Shown here one piece after another: positions 25,835-33,739 of a stretch of DNA of 40,206 nucleotides. Numbering within the stretch: position 1 is the stretch's first letter; each line of letters begins with the position of its first letter. Origin of the DNA: an uncultured Anaerolineaceae bacterium (GTDB lineage Bacteria; Chloroflexota; Anaerolineae; Aggregatilineales; Phototrophicaceae); contig CAZQIJ010000001.1 in NCBI GenBank assembly GCA_964592955.1, positions 1 through 40,206 on the forward strand, read 5' to 3'. The translations under genes were made by a program, and so were the position numbers. Below the pieces are notes generated by a model. The model saw only the letters and a program-made list of their open reading frames with translations. It made no database searches and had not been told where the DNA came from.

Positions 25835-26191
25835 TTACTTTTCAAGGACGGCGAGCGCATATTCGCGAATCTGTGCTGGTCGTATTGGCTTCAGGACGAA
25901 ACTGATGGGCAGATCTGGCTGCAGCAGCTTCTCGAACTGACGGTTGGAACTGACAATCACCACACGGGTCTGCTGAAGGCGCGGCGTGGTGGTCAGGTGG
26001 CTAAGCACCGTTGCCCCGTTAATATTGGGCAGCAGCATATCCAGGAAGACGATATCCGGTGTGTGCGTTTCCAGCAGCGACATTGCAACCATACCGTCTG
26101 GGGCTTCCAGCACCTCAAAGTCTATTCGTTCCAGTACCCTGCGGTAGATCGAACGTAGTCCTGTGTCATCTTCCACAACCATTGCCAGCAT
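25835..26191 (-). CDS. Single-domain (CheY-like) response regulator receiver
   Basis: 'VVEDD', the phospho-acceptor context 'DIVFLDMLLPNING', 'VVIVSS' and 'VLKPI'. There is no output domain. Confidence 0.9.
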   Translation of the reverse strand: MLAMVVEDDTGLRSIYRRVLERIDFEVLEAPDGMVAMSLLETHTPDIVFLDMLLPNINGATVLSHLTTTPRLQQTRVVIVSSNRQFEKLLQPDLPISFVLKPIRPAQIREYALAVLEK

Positions 26192-26357
26192 GGCCTCAAA
26201 ACCTCAAACGATTGCCCAGGTTAGTTATTGTAACATGCGCACCCCAGCGATAACATGGGGATGACCCGGCAATCAGGTTAATACTCTGTATACACTTCGT
26301 TATCTTTTCGTAAAACAAACAGTTAGGCGCGGAATTCGTGCTGCGGCGGCGAAGCTG

Positions 26358-27416
26358 CTAAGATGTCTGAGATGATGATGTTGACACACTATAGCGCAGC
26401 ACCGGGTTATCTTCCAGTTCGACTTCGTCCAGGTTGGCTACTGAAAGGTAGCCGTGCTGGTACAGAAACTCGATGTGCGCCCCGGCTTCTTCCAGCGCCA
26501 GCAGCACATCGTAGCCGGTCTTATCCGGGTAAAGCGTGCGTGTGATTTCGGCGATGGTGGCAGGATGCCCCATACCCCTGACGATATCCAGCACGCGGGT
26601 CAGTTTGCGCTCGTGGCTGGCCTGGATTTCCTCGATGCGCCGGTATACGTTTCGCACCGGGTCTTCGTGCCCGCCTAATGCCAGAACGACATCGGGGATC
26701 TTCTGGACTTTTCGCAGCGCGTCTCGGTAGTGACCCAGGCCGGTATAATGCGTGATGCTCTCCGGGGCCTGGTGTGGGGTGGTGCGGGAAAGGATATGGT
26801 CCGCACTGATGAGCGTATCGCCGATGAGAATGCACACCTGGCCGGGGCAGTGCCCTGGTGTGTGGATAAACTGCATCCCGTCCAGTTGGGTATCCTCATC
26901 AAGGCTGAAATCCACATTCACAGACTTGAAGTGCTTCTTACCGAAACCGTACATATCCATAAGCTGCTGGCGCTCTTCCGGGGGAATACCAGCGCGCTCG
27001 ATGTAAACGCGCAGGTCTTTGGTGGCCATAATGACGCGTTCTTCGTAGGCCATCAGGACGCGGCGGTCAAGTTCGTGGATGCCGACCACAGCGCCGGTTT
27101 GTTCGACCATAAAGGCCACCCCGCCGAAATGGTCGATGTGACCATGTGTTACGAGAATGCGGCGGATGTCACCAGGTTTCAGCGCTTCCCCAAACTGATC
27201 GTGAAGGGTGTTCAGGCCGTCCATCAGATGAACATTGCTGTCGCCGTAACCCGAACCGCAGTCGATGAGGGTGGGCGGCCCGGCGTTCAGCACCACATAG
27301 CTGAACCCGATAAACCCGTTAGGAAACACCATCATCGGAATACGGTAAATGCGAACTCCGGTATTGGTCTCGAAGCGTTCTACGGCCGGCAGCATGGGCG
27401 ACTCACTCTCTTGCAC
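26358..27416 (-). CDS. MBL-fold metallo-hydrolase
   Basis: 'ILVTHGHIDHFGG', 'HTPGHCPGQ' and 'GGHEDP'. Confidence 0.85.
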   Translation of the reverse strand: MQESESPMLPAVERFETNTGVRIYRIPMMVFPNGFIGFSYVVLNAGPPTLIDCGSGYGDSNVHLMDGLNTLHDQFGEALKPGDIRRILVTHGHIDHFGGVAFMVEQTGAVVGIHELDRRVLMAYEERVIMATKDLRVYIERAGIPPEERQQLMDMYGFGKKHFKSVNVDFSLDEDTQLDGMQFIHTPGHCPGQVCILIGDTLISADHILSRTTPHQAPESITHYTGLGHYRDALRKVQKIPDVVLALGGHEDPVRNVYRRIEEIQASHERKLTRVLDIVRGMGHPATIAEITRTLYPDKTGYDVLLALEEAGAHIEFLYQHGYLSVANLDEVELEDNPVLRYSVSTSSSQTS

Positions 27417-27453
27417 GGGGCGAATACAGCACCAGAATACTGGCGTTGATTAA

Positions 27454-27467
27454 AGCACACGTGTGCT
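27454..27467. promoter_or_regulatory. Perfect 14 bp palindrome AGCACACGTGTGCT, a candidate TetR operator in the divergent MBL/TetR spacer
   Basis: A self-complementary 14-mer, 38 nt upstream of the MBL start and 110 nt upstream of the TetR start. A weaker TGACC-N14-GGTCA (27542-27565) abuts the TetR start. Confidence 0.4.
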
Positions 27468-27576
27468 GTTGTGGCCATAGCGGGTTTTCGCGTATCCCCC
27501 AATTTCTGGGGGGAGCAGCGCACGCATATCGGCTTACGATTTGACCAGATAGACCATATCGGTCACGAGGTCAGCG

Positions 27577-28290
27577 ATGGGTACGAACGAACCCCAAACC
27601 GCAGAACCAGGAAAACCCGCGAATGTGGCGCGCGAAACACGCATCCTTGATGCTGCCGCTGCACTGATCAGCCGACTGGGCTACAGCAAGACCTCCATCA
27701 ACGACATCGCCGCCGAGGCAGGGATTTCGAAAGGCGCGGTGTACCTGCACTTCAGCAGCAAAGAAGCCTTGTTCGAAGCGCTCATTCTGCGCGAATCAGA
27801 AAGGGTACTGGTTGAGGTGGCGCGCGCCATGACGCTTGATCCTGACGGCGGCAGTATTTACAACCTGTACCGCTATTCTTTGATCGGGATTGCCACCAAC
27901 CCCATGTTGAAGGCAGTGGTTACGCGGGATAAACGGGTGCTGGGTGAGCTGATGCGCGCGGTTACCCAGAAACCGATGTACCAGCAGATGCGGGGTTTCG
28001 GGCTGGAATTCGTCCAGCAATGCCAGGCAGCGGGATTGATCCGGGCGGATCTGACGCCGCAGATGGTGGTTTACACCCTGTCGATCATTCGTTACGGTTT
28101 CTTCCAGGTCGATGAAATGCTGCCCCCGGAATATATCCCGTCACTTGAGGAATTCGGCCCGGTGCTGGCCGATGTCGTGCGCAGGATGATCGCGCCGGAT
28201 GGGGGCGATACCCAGGCTGGCAGGCTCGCCCTGGATCAGTTGATCGCCAGCTACCGCCAGCTACGCCACAGTAAGGACAAAAAGGTATGA
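27577..28290 (+). CDS. TetR/AcrR-family transcriptional regulator
   Basis: HTH 'ILDAAAALISRLGYSKTSINDIAAEAGISKGAVYLHFSSKEALF'. GAGG lies 8 nt upstream. Confidence 0.9.
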   Translation: MGTNEPQTAEPGKPANVARETRILDAAAALISRLGYSKTSINDIAAEAGISKGAVYLHFSSKEALFEALILRESERVLVEVARAMTLDPDGGSIYNLYRYSLIGIATNPMLKAVVTRDKRVLGELMRAVTQKPMYQQMRGFGLEFVQQCQAAGLIRADLTPQMVVYTLSIIRYGFFQVDEMLPPEYIPSLEEFGPVLADVVRRMIAPDGGDTQAGRLALDQLIASYRQLRHSKDKKV

Positions 28291-29234
28291 ATGTCATCCA
28301 AACCAACGATCTCACCAAAGTCTATCCAGGCAGTAAGCAGCCAGCGCTGAATACCCTCACGCTGAACGTGACCCAGGGCGAAATCTTCGGCTATCTGGGC
28401 CCCAATGGCGCGGGCAAAACGACGACGATTCGCCTGCTGATGGACTTCATCCGGCCCACCAGTGGGCAGGCCGCCGTTTTCGGGCTTGATCCGCACAAGG
28501 ACAGCATGGCCATTCACCGGCGTATCGGCTATCTGCCTGGGGAACTTGCACTCTGGCCGAACCAAACCGGCGAGAACATTATCCGCTATGCAGCGCGGAT
28601 GCGCGGCCTTACCGACCTGCACTATGCCCATCAACTGGCAGAGCGGCTGGACTTCGATACATCCAAGCGCATGCGCGACTATTCGACCGGCAACAAGCGC
28701 AAGATCGGGCTGATTCTATCACTGATGCACCAACCTGACCTGCTTATTCTGGACGAACCCACAAGCGGTCTTGATCCGCTGATGCAGCAGATTTTTAACG
28801 ACCTGATGCGCGAATGGCGGGCGGCAGGCAAAACAGTGTTCCTGTCGTCGCACGTGCTCAGCGAAGTGCAGGCGATCTGTGACCGGGTGGCAATTCTGCG
28901 CGATGGTGAACTTAAGGCTGTCGAAAAGGTTTCGACGCTGACGCATGCAGATTTCCGCTGGGTTACTGTGCAGTACCGTGAACCGGTGCAGATCAGCGCA
29001 CTGGCCAATGTGCCGGGTGTGAGCGATGTCCACGCTTCGGCAAACACGGTCAAGCTGCGCCTGCGCGGCGATTTCGACCCGCTGCTGCGGGCAATCGGGA
29101 AGCAGTATGTGGTGGATTTGCACGTGCAGGAGCCGACTCTCGAAGAGATCTTCCTGGCATTCTATGGCGAAGACAGGTCACACGCTGGTTCAGAGCTGGC
29201 CACGCATGGGCGGCAGAAGGAGACAATGCAATGA
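28287..29234 (+). CDS. ABC transporter ATP-binding protein (ABC-2/DrrA-like)
   Basis: Walker A 'GPNGAGKTT', signature 'YSTGNKRK' and Walker B 'LLILDEPTSGLD'. The start overlaps the TetR stop (ATGA). Confidence 0.92.
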   Translation: MNVIQTNDLTKVYPGSKQPALNTLTLNVTQGEIFGYLGPNGAGKTTTIRLLMDFIRPTSGQAAVFGLDPHKDSMAIHRRIGYLPGELALWPNQTGENIIRYAARMRGLTDLHYAHQLAERLDFDTSKRMRDYSTGNKRKIGLILSLMHQPDLLILDEPTSGLDPLMQQIFNDLMREWRAAGKTVFLSSHVLSEVQAICDRVAILRDGELKAVEKVSTLTHADFRWVTVQYREPVQISALANVPGVSDVHASANTVKLRLRGDFDPLLRAIGKQYVVDLHVQEPTLEEIFLAFYGEDRSHAGSELATHGRQKETMQ

Positions 29235-30043
29235 CCGGGACCGTATTCCGCGAAATGGTACGCCGCCACTGGCGGCAAACGCTCTACTGGGGGCTGGGGC
29301 TGTTCATCTATGGCATCCTCACCGTGCTGCTCGTACCGGATCTGACAGGTTTGCAGCAGTATGTGACACTGGCGCGCACGCTGCCAGAAGGTCTGATGCA
29401 GGCTTTTGGCCTATCGGACATCGAGGCGCTGGGGACGGTGACGGGGTTCATCGCCTTCTCGTACCACATCTACATGGTGCTGCTGATGGCCACCTACGCG
29501 GTACTCAGTGGGCTGAGTGTGACGAGCGGTGAAGAAGAAAGCGGCATCCTGGATGTTGTGCTGAGCTGGCCGCTCCCCCGCTGGCGCATCATCCTGGAAA
29601 AGACCGCCGCCTATCTGCTGTTCACCACCGTGATTGTGATGCTGGGGCATGTGGGGTTGGTAAGCGGCGGATTCCTGAACGCCAACGCCCGTGATCTTGA
29701 TCAGTGGCTGCTGCTTCAGGGTTCCATTAACCTTCTGCCCAGTTCGTTTCTGGTGCTGGCGTTTACCATCCTGATGGGCGTACTGGTACGACGACGTGCC
29801 ACCGCCGCAGCCATTGCCGCGACATTCGTCACGGGCAGCTTCCTGCTGGACACTATCGGCACGGCTGCCCGTACCGACTTTGCAGATAGCCTGCGTCAAC
29901 TGTCGTTCACAACGCAGTACAACGCCCTGGAAGTCCTGCAGTCAGGTCTGGTGTGGCCCGCGTTTCTGGGGCTTACGGTGGTGGCGGCAGCGATGCTGGT
30001 GGCAGCCGTGATAATGTTTGAGCGGCGGGAGATCCGCATTTAG
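29231..30043 (+). CDS. ABC-2-type transporter permease
   Basis: Six predicted hydrophobic segments. It is translationally coupled (ATGA overlap) to the ATPase gene. Confidence 0.8.
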   Translation: MTGTVFREMVRRHWRQTLYWGLGLFIYGILTVLLVPDLTGLQQYVTLARTLPEGLMQAFGLSDIEALGTVTGFIAFSYHIYMVLLMATYAVLSGLSVTSGEEESGILDVVLSWPLPRWRIILEKTAAYLLFTTVIVMLGHVGLVSGGFLNANARDLDQWLLLQGSINLLPSSFLVLAFTILMGVLVRRRATAAAIAATFVTGSFLLDTIGTAARTDFADSLRQLSFTTQYNALEVLQSGLVWPAFLGLTVVAAAMLVAAVIMFERREIRI

Positions 30044-30054
30044 GGTTGTGCGCA

Positions 30055-30081
30055 GGGGCGGAAGTTCCGAGCTTCCGCCCC
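30055..30081. terminator. Hairpin after the ABC operon
   Basis: GGGGCGGAAG (30055-30064) pairs with CTTCCGCCCC (30072-30081), a 10 bp stem with a 7 nt loop. Confidence 0.5.
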
Positions 30082-30087
30082 GCCTGC

Positions 30088-30372
30088 TTAACGGCTGAGT
30101 GCCGCCACCGAACGCACCAGCAGTGCTTTGCAGCAGGTATCCACGTGATATTCAACGTCAATCTGCTCGTCCTGGCGGGAGTACACCGCCGTAACCTTAA
30201 CCTTAGGCGCTTCGTGATGCTCGTCGCAGGTCATTTCGGCCAGGCGGCTCTCGATATGCTGGCGCAACTGAATCTGCGTGCTTTGCAGCAGCATGTCGGT
30301 TTCATAAGCATCCAGCAGCGGGTCTGCGCTTTGTTCATCCTGGAGGGTCAGATTAATTTCAATTTCAAGCAT
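30088..30372 (-). CDS. Small acidic hypothetical protein (94 aa)
   Basis: 'MLEIEINLTLQDEQSADPLLDAYETDMLLQ..' has protein-like composition. No family was recognised. The longer ORF start (TTG 30393) lies inside the upstream terminator tail. Confidence 0.45.
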   Translation of the reverse strand: MLEIEINLTLQDEQSADPLLDAYETDMLLQSTQIQLRQHIESRLAEMTCDEHHEAPKVKVTAVYSRQDEQIDVEYHVDTCCKALLVRSVAALSR

Positions 30373-30385
30373 TTCTTTACCTTTT

Positions 30386-30420
30386 TTGCGCAAAAAGTTC
30401 AGGGGCGCATCACGCCCCTG
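30386..30420 (-). terminator. Rho-independent terminator of the R3H ATPase gene
   Basis: CAGGGGCG (30400-30407) pairs with CGCCCCTG (30413-30420). On the - strand it is followed by AACTTTTTGCG. Confidence 0.6.
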
Positions 30421-30470
30421 ATCATACCTGTCTGCAAGGTTTCATGGCGCTCTCGCACAGCCAGACCGCC

Positions 30471-32108
30471 TCACACCGTTTCGTGCAGTATTCGTACATA
30501 CCGGTTGGGTTCCTGCCCATAACTCCGGGAGTCCAGCGACGCTTGGCGGGCGAGCTGGTGCTGTTTGCGGCGAACGTCCGCGTTCTGTGGGCCGAGATCC
30601 ACAAATGCTGCCCCAGCGCGGATTTTCACGATCGCAGCTTCAGCCTCCTGGAGGGCTTTCCCAAAAGGGTCGTTGGGGTTCACCTCCAGGTTGAAGAGAT
30701 CAATCAGGAAGTTTTCCATCTGCGAAACGGTGTTGGCCCGCAGCACATAGATGGGCATCCCCTTGCGCTCGGAATCCACGATGATTTTGGGGCGGCGGCG
30801 GTAGTAATTCTTCAGCGTGACGATGGCATCTGCCCGCCCGTAATCATCCACGATATCCAGCGGGACGTGCAGGCGGCGCGCGGCCTGCTGCAAGCGATTG
30901 CGCGCTACGCCATAGGCATAGACCTTCAGGTTCTGCATATTCGCCACATCAAGCAAACGCGGCGGCAGTTCTTCTACCACTGCCGGCGCGCCGCGCCGTG
31001 ATGTGCGCATACTCCCCGCGCCATCTTCGCGGTCCCGGTCGCGGTCCCGTTCGCGGCGCGAGGTGGGACGCCCGTCCTGCGTGCGTTCCATCATCATGGA
31101 GCGCATTTCGGGCTGCACACTTTCGCTGTGAATTTCGCCAACCTCATTACGGGAACGCAGTTCCGCCGTCATCGGGCGGCCACGCAGCAGGCCATCAACC
31201 GACACCGCGACATCCTCATGGACGATCATACGGTCGCGGGACTGAATCTCAATCAGCACATCAAAGGTAGGAGGAGCGCGGCGCTCCAGCACCGTTTTCT
31301 GCGTGCCGCGCCTGCGGGCTTCTTCGTCTGACAACGTTACAGACTCTATGCCACCCACAAGATCCGAAAGCGTCGGGTTCAGCATCAGGTTATCCAGCGC
31401 GGTACCGTGCGCGGTGCCCACAAGCTGCACACCGCGTTCTGCAATGGTGCGCGCCGCCATAGCTTCCAGCTCGCGCCCGATTTCGTCAATGACGATGACT
31501 TCCGGGTTATGGTTCTCCACGGCCTCGATCATCACCTCGTGCTGAAGTTCGGGCCGGGCCACCTGCATGCGGCGGGCGCGCCCAACCGCGGGGTGCGGCA
31601 CATCGCCATCCCCACCGATTTCGTTGGAGGTATCGACAATGACCACACGTTTGGCTTCTGCCAGCACGCGCGCCGCTTCGCGCAGCAGGGTCGTCTTGCC
31701 GACGCCGGGCGGGCCCAGCAGCAGCACGTTCTGGCCAGATTCAACGAGATCCTGGACGATGTCAATTGTGCCATACACCGCGCGCCCCACCCGGCAAGTT
31801 AAACCCACAACCGTTCCCAGACGGTTACGAATCGCAGAGATGCGGTGCAGTGTTCGCTCCATACCTGCGCGGTTGTCTGCGTCGAACGTGCCGATAGCAT
31901 CTACGATGGCGTCGATATCTTCGCGGGAGACTTCCTGATCGCTCAGCACAACTTCGCCGTCAACGAACCGTGCTGTGGGTATACGTCCGAGGTCGAGAAC
32001 GATTTCGAGCAGGTTTTCTGTGTTGCCCAGCCGGTCCAGCGATTCGTTAAGGCGGCGGGGCAGCACACGTTTTAGTTCGTCGATGTTATCCGTTATACGT
32101 CGTTCCAT
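30471..32108 (-). CDS. AAA ATPase with C-terminal R3H nucleic-acid-binding domain (Ycf45 / SpoIIIAA-like)
   Basis: Walker A '[15 protein letters not shown]', Walker B 'VIVIDEIG' and the R3H motif '[29 protein letters not shown]'. Confidence 0.85.
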   Translation of the reverse strand: MERRITDNIDELKRVLPRRLNESLDRLGNTENLLEIVLDLGRIPTARFVDGEVVLSDQEVSREDIDAIVDAIGTFDADNRAGMERTLHRISAIRNRLGTVVGLTCRVGRAVYGTIDIVQDLVESGQNVLLLGPPGVGKTTLLREAARVLAEAKRVVIVDTSNEIGGDGDVPHPAVGRARRMQVARPELQHEVMIEAVENHNPEVIVIDEIGRELEAMAARTIAERGVQLVGTAHGTALDNLMLNPTLSDLVGGIESVTLSDEEARRRGTQKTVLERRAPPTFDVLIEIQSRDRMIVHEDVAVSVDGLLRGRPMTAELRSRNEVGEIHSESVQPEMRSMMMERTQDGRPTSRRERDRDRDREDGAGSMRTSRRGAPAVVEELPPRLLDVANMQNLKVYAYGVARNRLQQAARRLHVPLDIVDDYGRADAIVTLKNYYRRRPKIIVDSERKGMPIYVLRANTVSQMENFLIDLFNLEVNPNDPFGKALQEAEAAIVKIRAGAAFVDLGPQNADVRRKQHQLARQASLDSRSYGQEPNRYVRILHETV

Positions 32109-32364
32109 ACGGAAGGAGTGTCCTCCTCAGGCTCTCCGAACTTGTGCCATTTACGCTATCGCAGCAGCCACAGGAGTTGGTGAATACCACGTGTGTAAAA
32201 AGTTTAAGGTCGGGCTAACTTGCAACTGCTCCATTATAGCAGATTTCGGACAACAATCGAAGGGTCTCTTGAACCCTTGTGAGCCATCAAAAGCCATAAA
32301 GAATCAATAAGCGGCTGCTGCCGTTACGGTGCCCGCCGCACTGCCGTCACCGGGCGCTCTGTGG

Positions 32365-33039
32365 CTACTGCACAGAATCCTGGCTGAAGAGCGACATCAC
32401 GTAATCCATAGACAACCCCTGTCCATCCAGATGAACGCGCAGTTTGCGGCGGGCATCGTGCAGCAGTTTGTAGAGCGCGTTGCGATTCGTGCCCATCTGC
32501 TCTGCAACGACATCCATAGGAATGCCGCGCAGGGCCACAGCCTCCAGCGCGCGGTACTGGCGCTCGGTCAGTGCTTCTTTGAGCGCGATATCAATCTGCT
32601 GCAAAACGTCGGCCCGTTCAGTAACTTCTTCGGGGCGTGAAGCAGGAGAATTCGATGCGCTGAGCGTTGCGGGGAGCAGCTCGCCATCGGCGGTCAGGTC
32701 ATCCAGGCTAAAATCGCGGTAGCGGGCGCGGCGCAGGTCGCTGATGGCCAGGCGTACCGCGATTCGGTTCGTCCAGGTGGTGAAGAGGCTTTCACCACGA
32801 AACGTATCAAGGTTATTCATCACGCGCAGCGTCGCTTCCTGGGCCAGGTCTTCTGCAAGCTGCGCGATTTCGTGCGCCGCGAGGTCACGTAGATCGCTGC
32901 GCTCCTGTGTAAGATAGTACAAAAGACTGCGCTTTAAGCGCTGGCGCAGATCTTCGAGCGCCACCGCCTGCACTTCTGGCGCACCTCTGAGATCCGCTAA
33001 CCACTGCGCATTGGTACGTTCCCGTGTCTCCTCAGCCAT
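32365..33039 (-). CDS. ECF-type RNA polymerase sigma-70 family factor
   Basis: Region 2 'LAQEATLRVMNNLDTFRGESLFTTWTNRIAVRLAISDLRR' and region 4 'LTERQYRALEAVALRGIPMDVVAEQMGTNRNALYKLLHDARRKLR'. Confidence 0.85.
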   Translation of the reverse strand: MAEETRERTNAQWLADLRGAPEVQAVALEDLRQRLKRSLLYYLTQERSDLRDLAAHEIAQLAEDLAQEATLRVMNNLDTFRGESLFTTWTNRIAVRLAISDLRRARYRDFSLDDLTADGELLPATLSASNSPASRPEEVTERADVLQQIDIALKEALTERQYRALEAVALRGIPMDVVAEQMGTNRNALYKLLHDARRKLRVHLDGQGLSMDYVMSLFSQDSVQ

Positions 33040-33054
33040 CGCGTCCCGGTTTCA

Positions 33055-33576
33055 CTAGTGCTTCTCAAAAGAGATGCGCACCGTAAGGTGGCCAAAGCGA
33101 AGATCATCCCCATCCCGCAGGACACGTGGCTGATCTTCAACCAGGCGCTGACCGTTCAGAAACGTCCCGTTGTAACTGCCGTAATCCACGATGTGCAGCG
33201 AGCCATCCTTACGGATGATGGCTGCATGCCTGCGGGATACACCCTTGTCTACCCCACCGAACTCCGTCAGATCAATCGGCGGTGCGTCGTTGGTCGCGGG
33301 GTCTCGTCTGCCAATTACCAGTTCCTGCAGATTCCCGGTTTCAAATGACATGATTTTGTCCCCGGTACCTGTCACGATGTTCAGCGTGATCCGTTGGCTG
33401 GGTCGGGCGGACCCCCACCGCGGAAGCACTTCCTCAATTTCAGGTTCATCCAGCGCACGGGTTGCGGCGTGATCTTTGGTGACATCGACCAACGGTGTGC
33501 CACAGTAAATGCAGATTTTGGCTGTGGCGCGGTTTTCACGTTTACATTTAGGACACTTAATCACGGCATCCTCCAA
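33055..33576 (-). CDS. FHA-domain protein with an N-terminal zinc ribbon
   Basis: 'CPKCKRENRATAKICIYCG' (CxxC..CxxC) and FHA 'LVIGRRDP..GVSRRHAAIIRKDGSLHIVDYGSYNGTFLNGQRL'. It is 15 nt upstream of the sigma gene. Confidence 0.88.
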   Translation of the reverse strand: MEDAVIKCPKCKRENRATAKICIYCGTPLVDVTKDHAATRALDEPEIEEVLPRWGSARPSQRITLNIVTGTGDKIMSFETGNLQELVIGRRDPATNDAPPIDLTEFGGVDKGVSRRHAAIIRKDGSLHIVDYGSYNGTFLNGQRLVEDQPRVLRDGDDLRFGHLTVRISFEKH

Positions 33577-33664
33577 TAAGATCGGCTCGTCGTCACGATA
33601 CGACTTGTGGTAGAAGTATATCGCATCCAGTTAATTGTACCATTCATTGCCTAGCGTGCCTGAC

Positions 33665-33693
33665 TTGCAACAATCAGCTACTTCGGTGAGAAT
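33665..33693 (+). promoter_or_regulatory. Candidate promoter of the 800 aa secreted-protein gene
   Basis: TTGCAA (33665-33670), a 17 nt spacer, then GAGAAT (33688-33693). A strong AAGGAGAG SD lies 5 nt before the ATG at 33740. Confidence 0.3.
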
Positions 33694-33739
33694 GAACGTA
33701 AGTTGACCTCTCACCGGTCACATTCCATAAGGAGAGATT

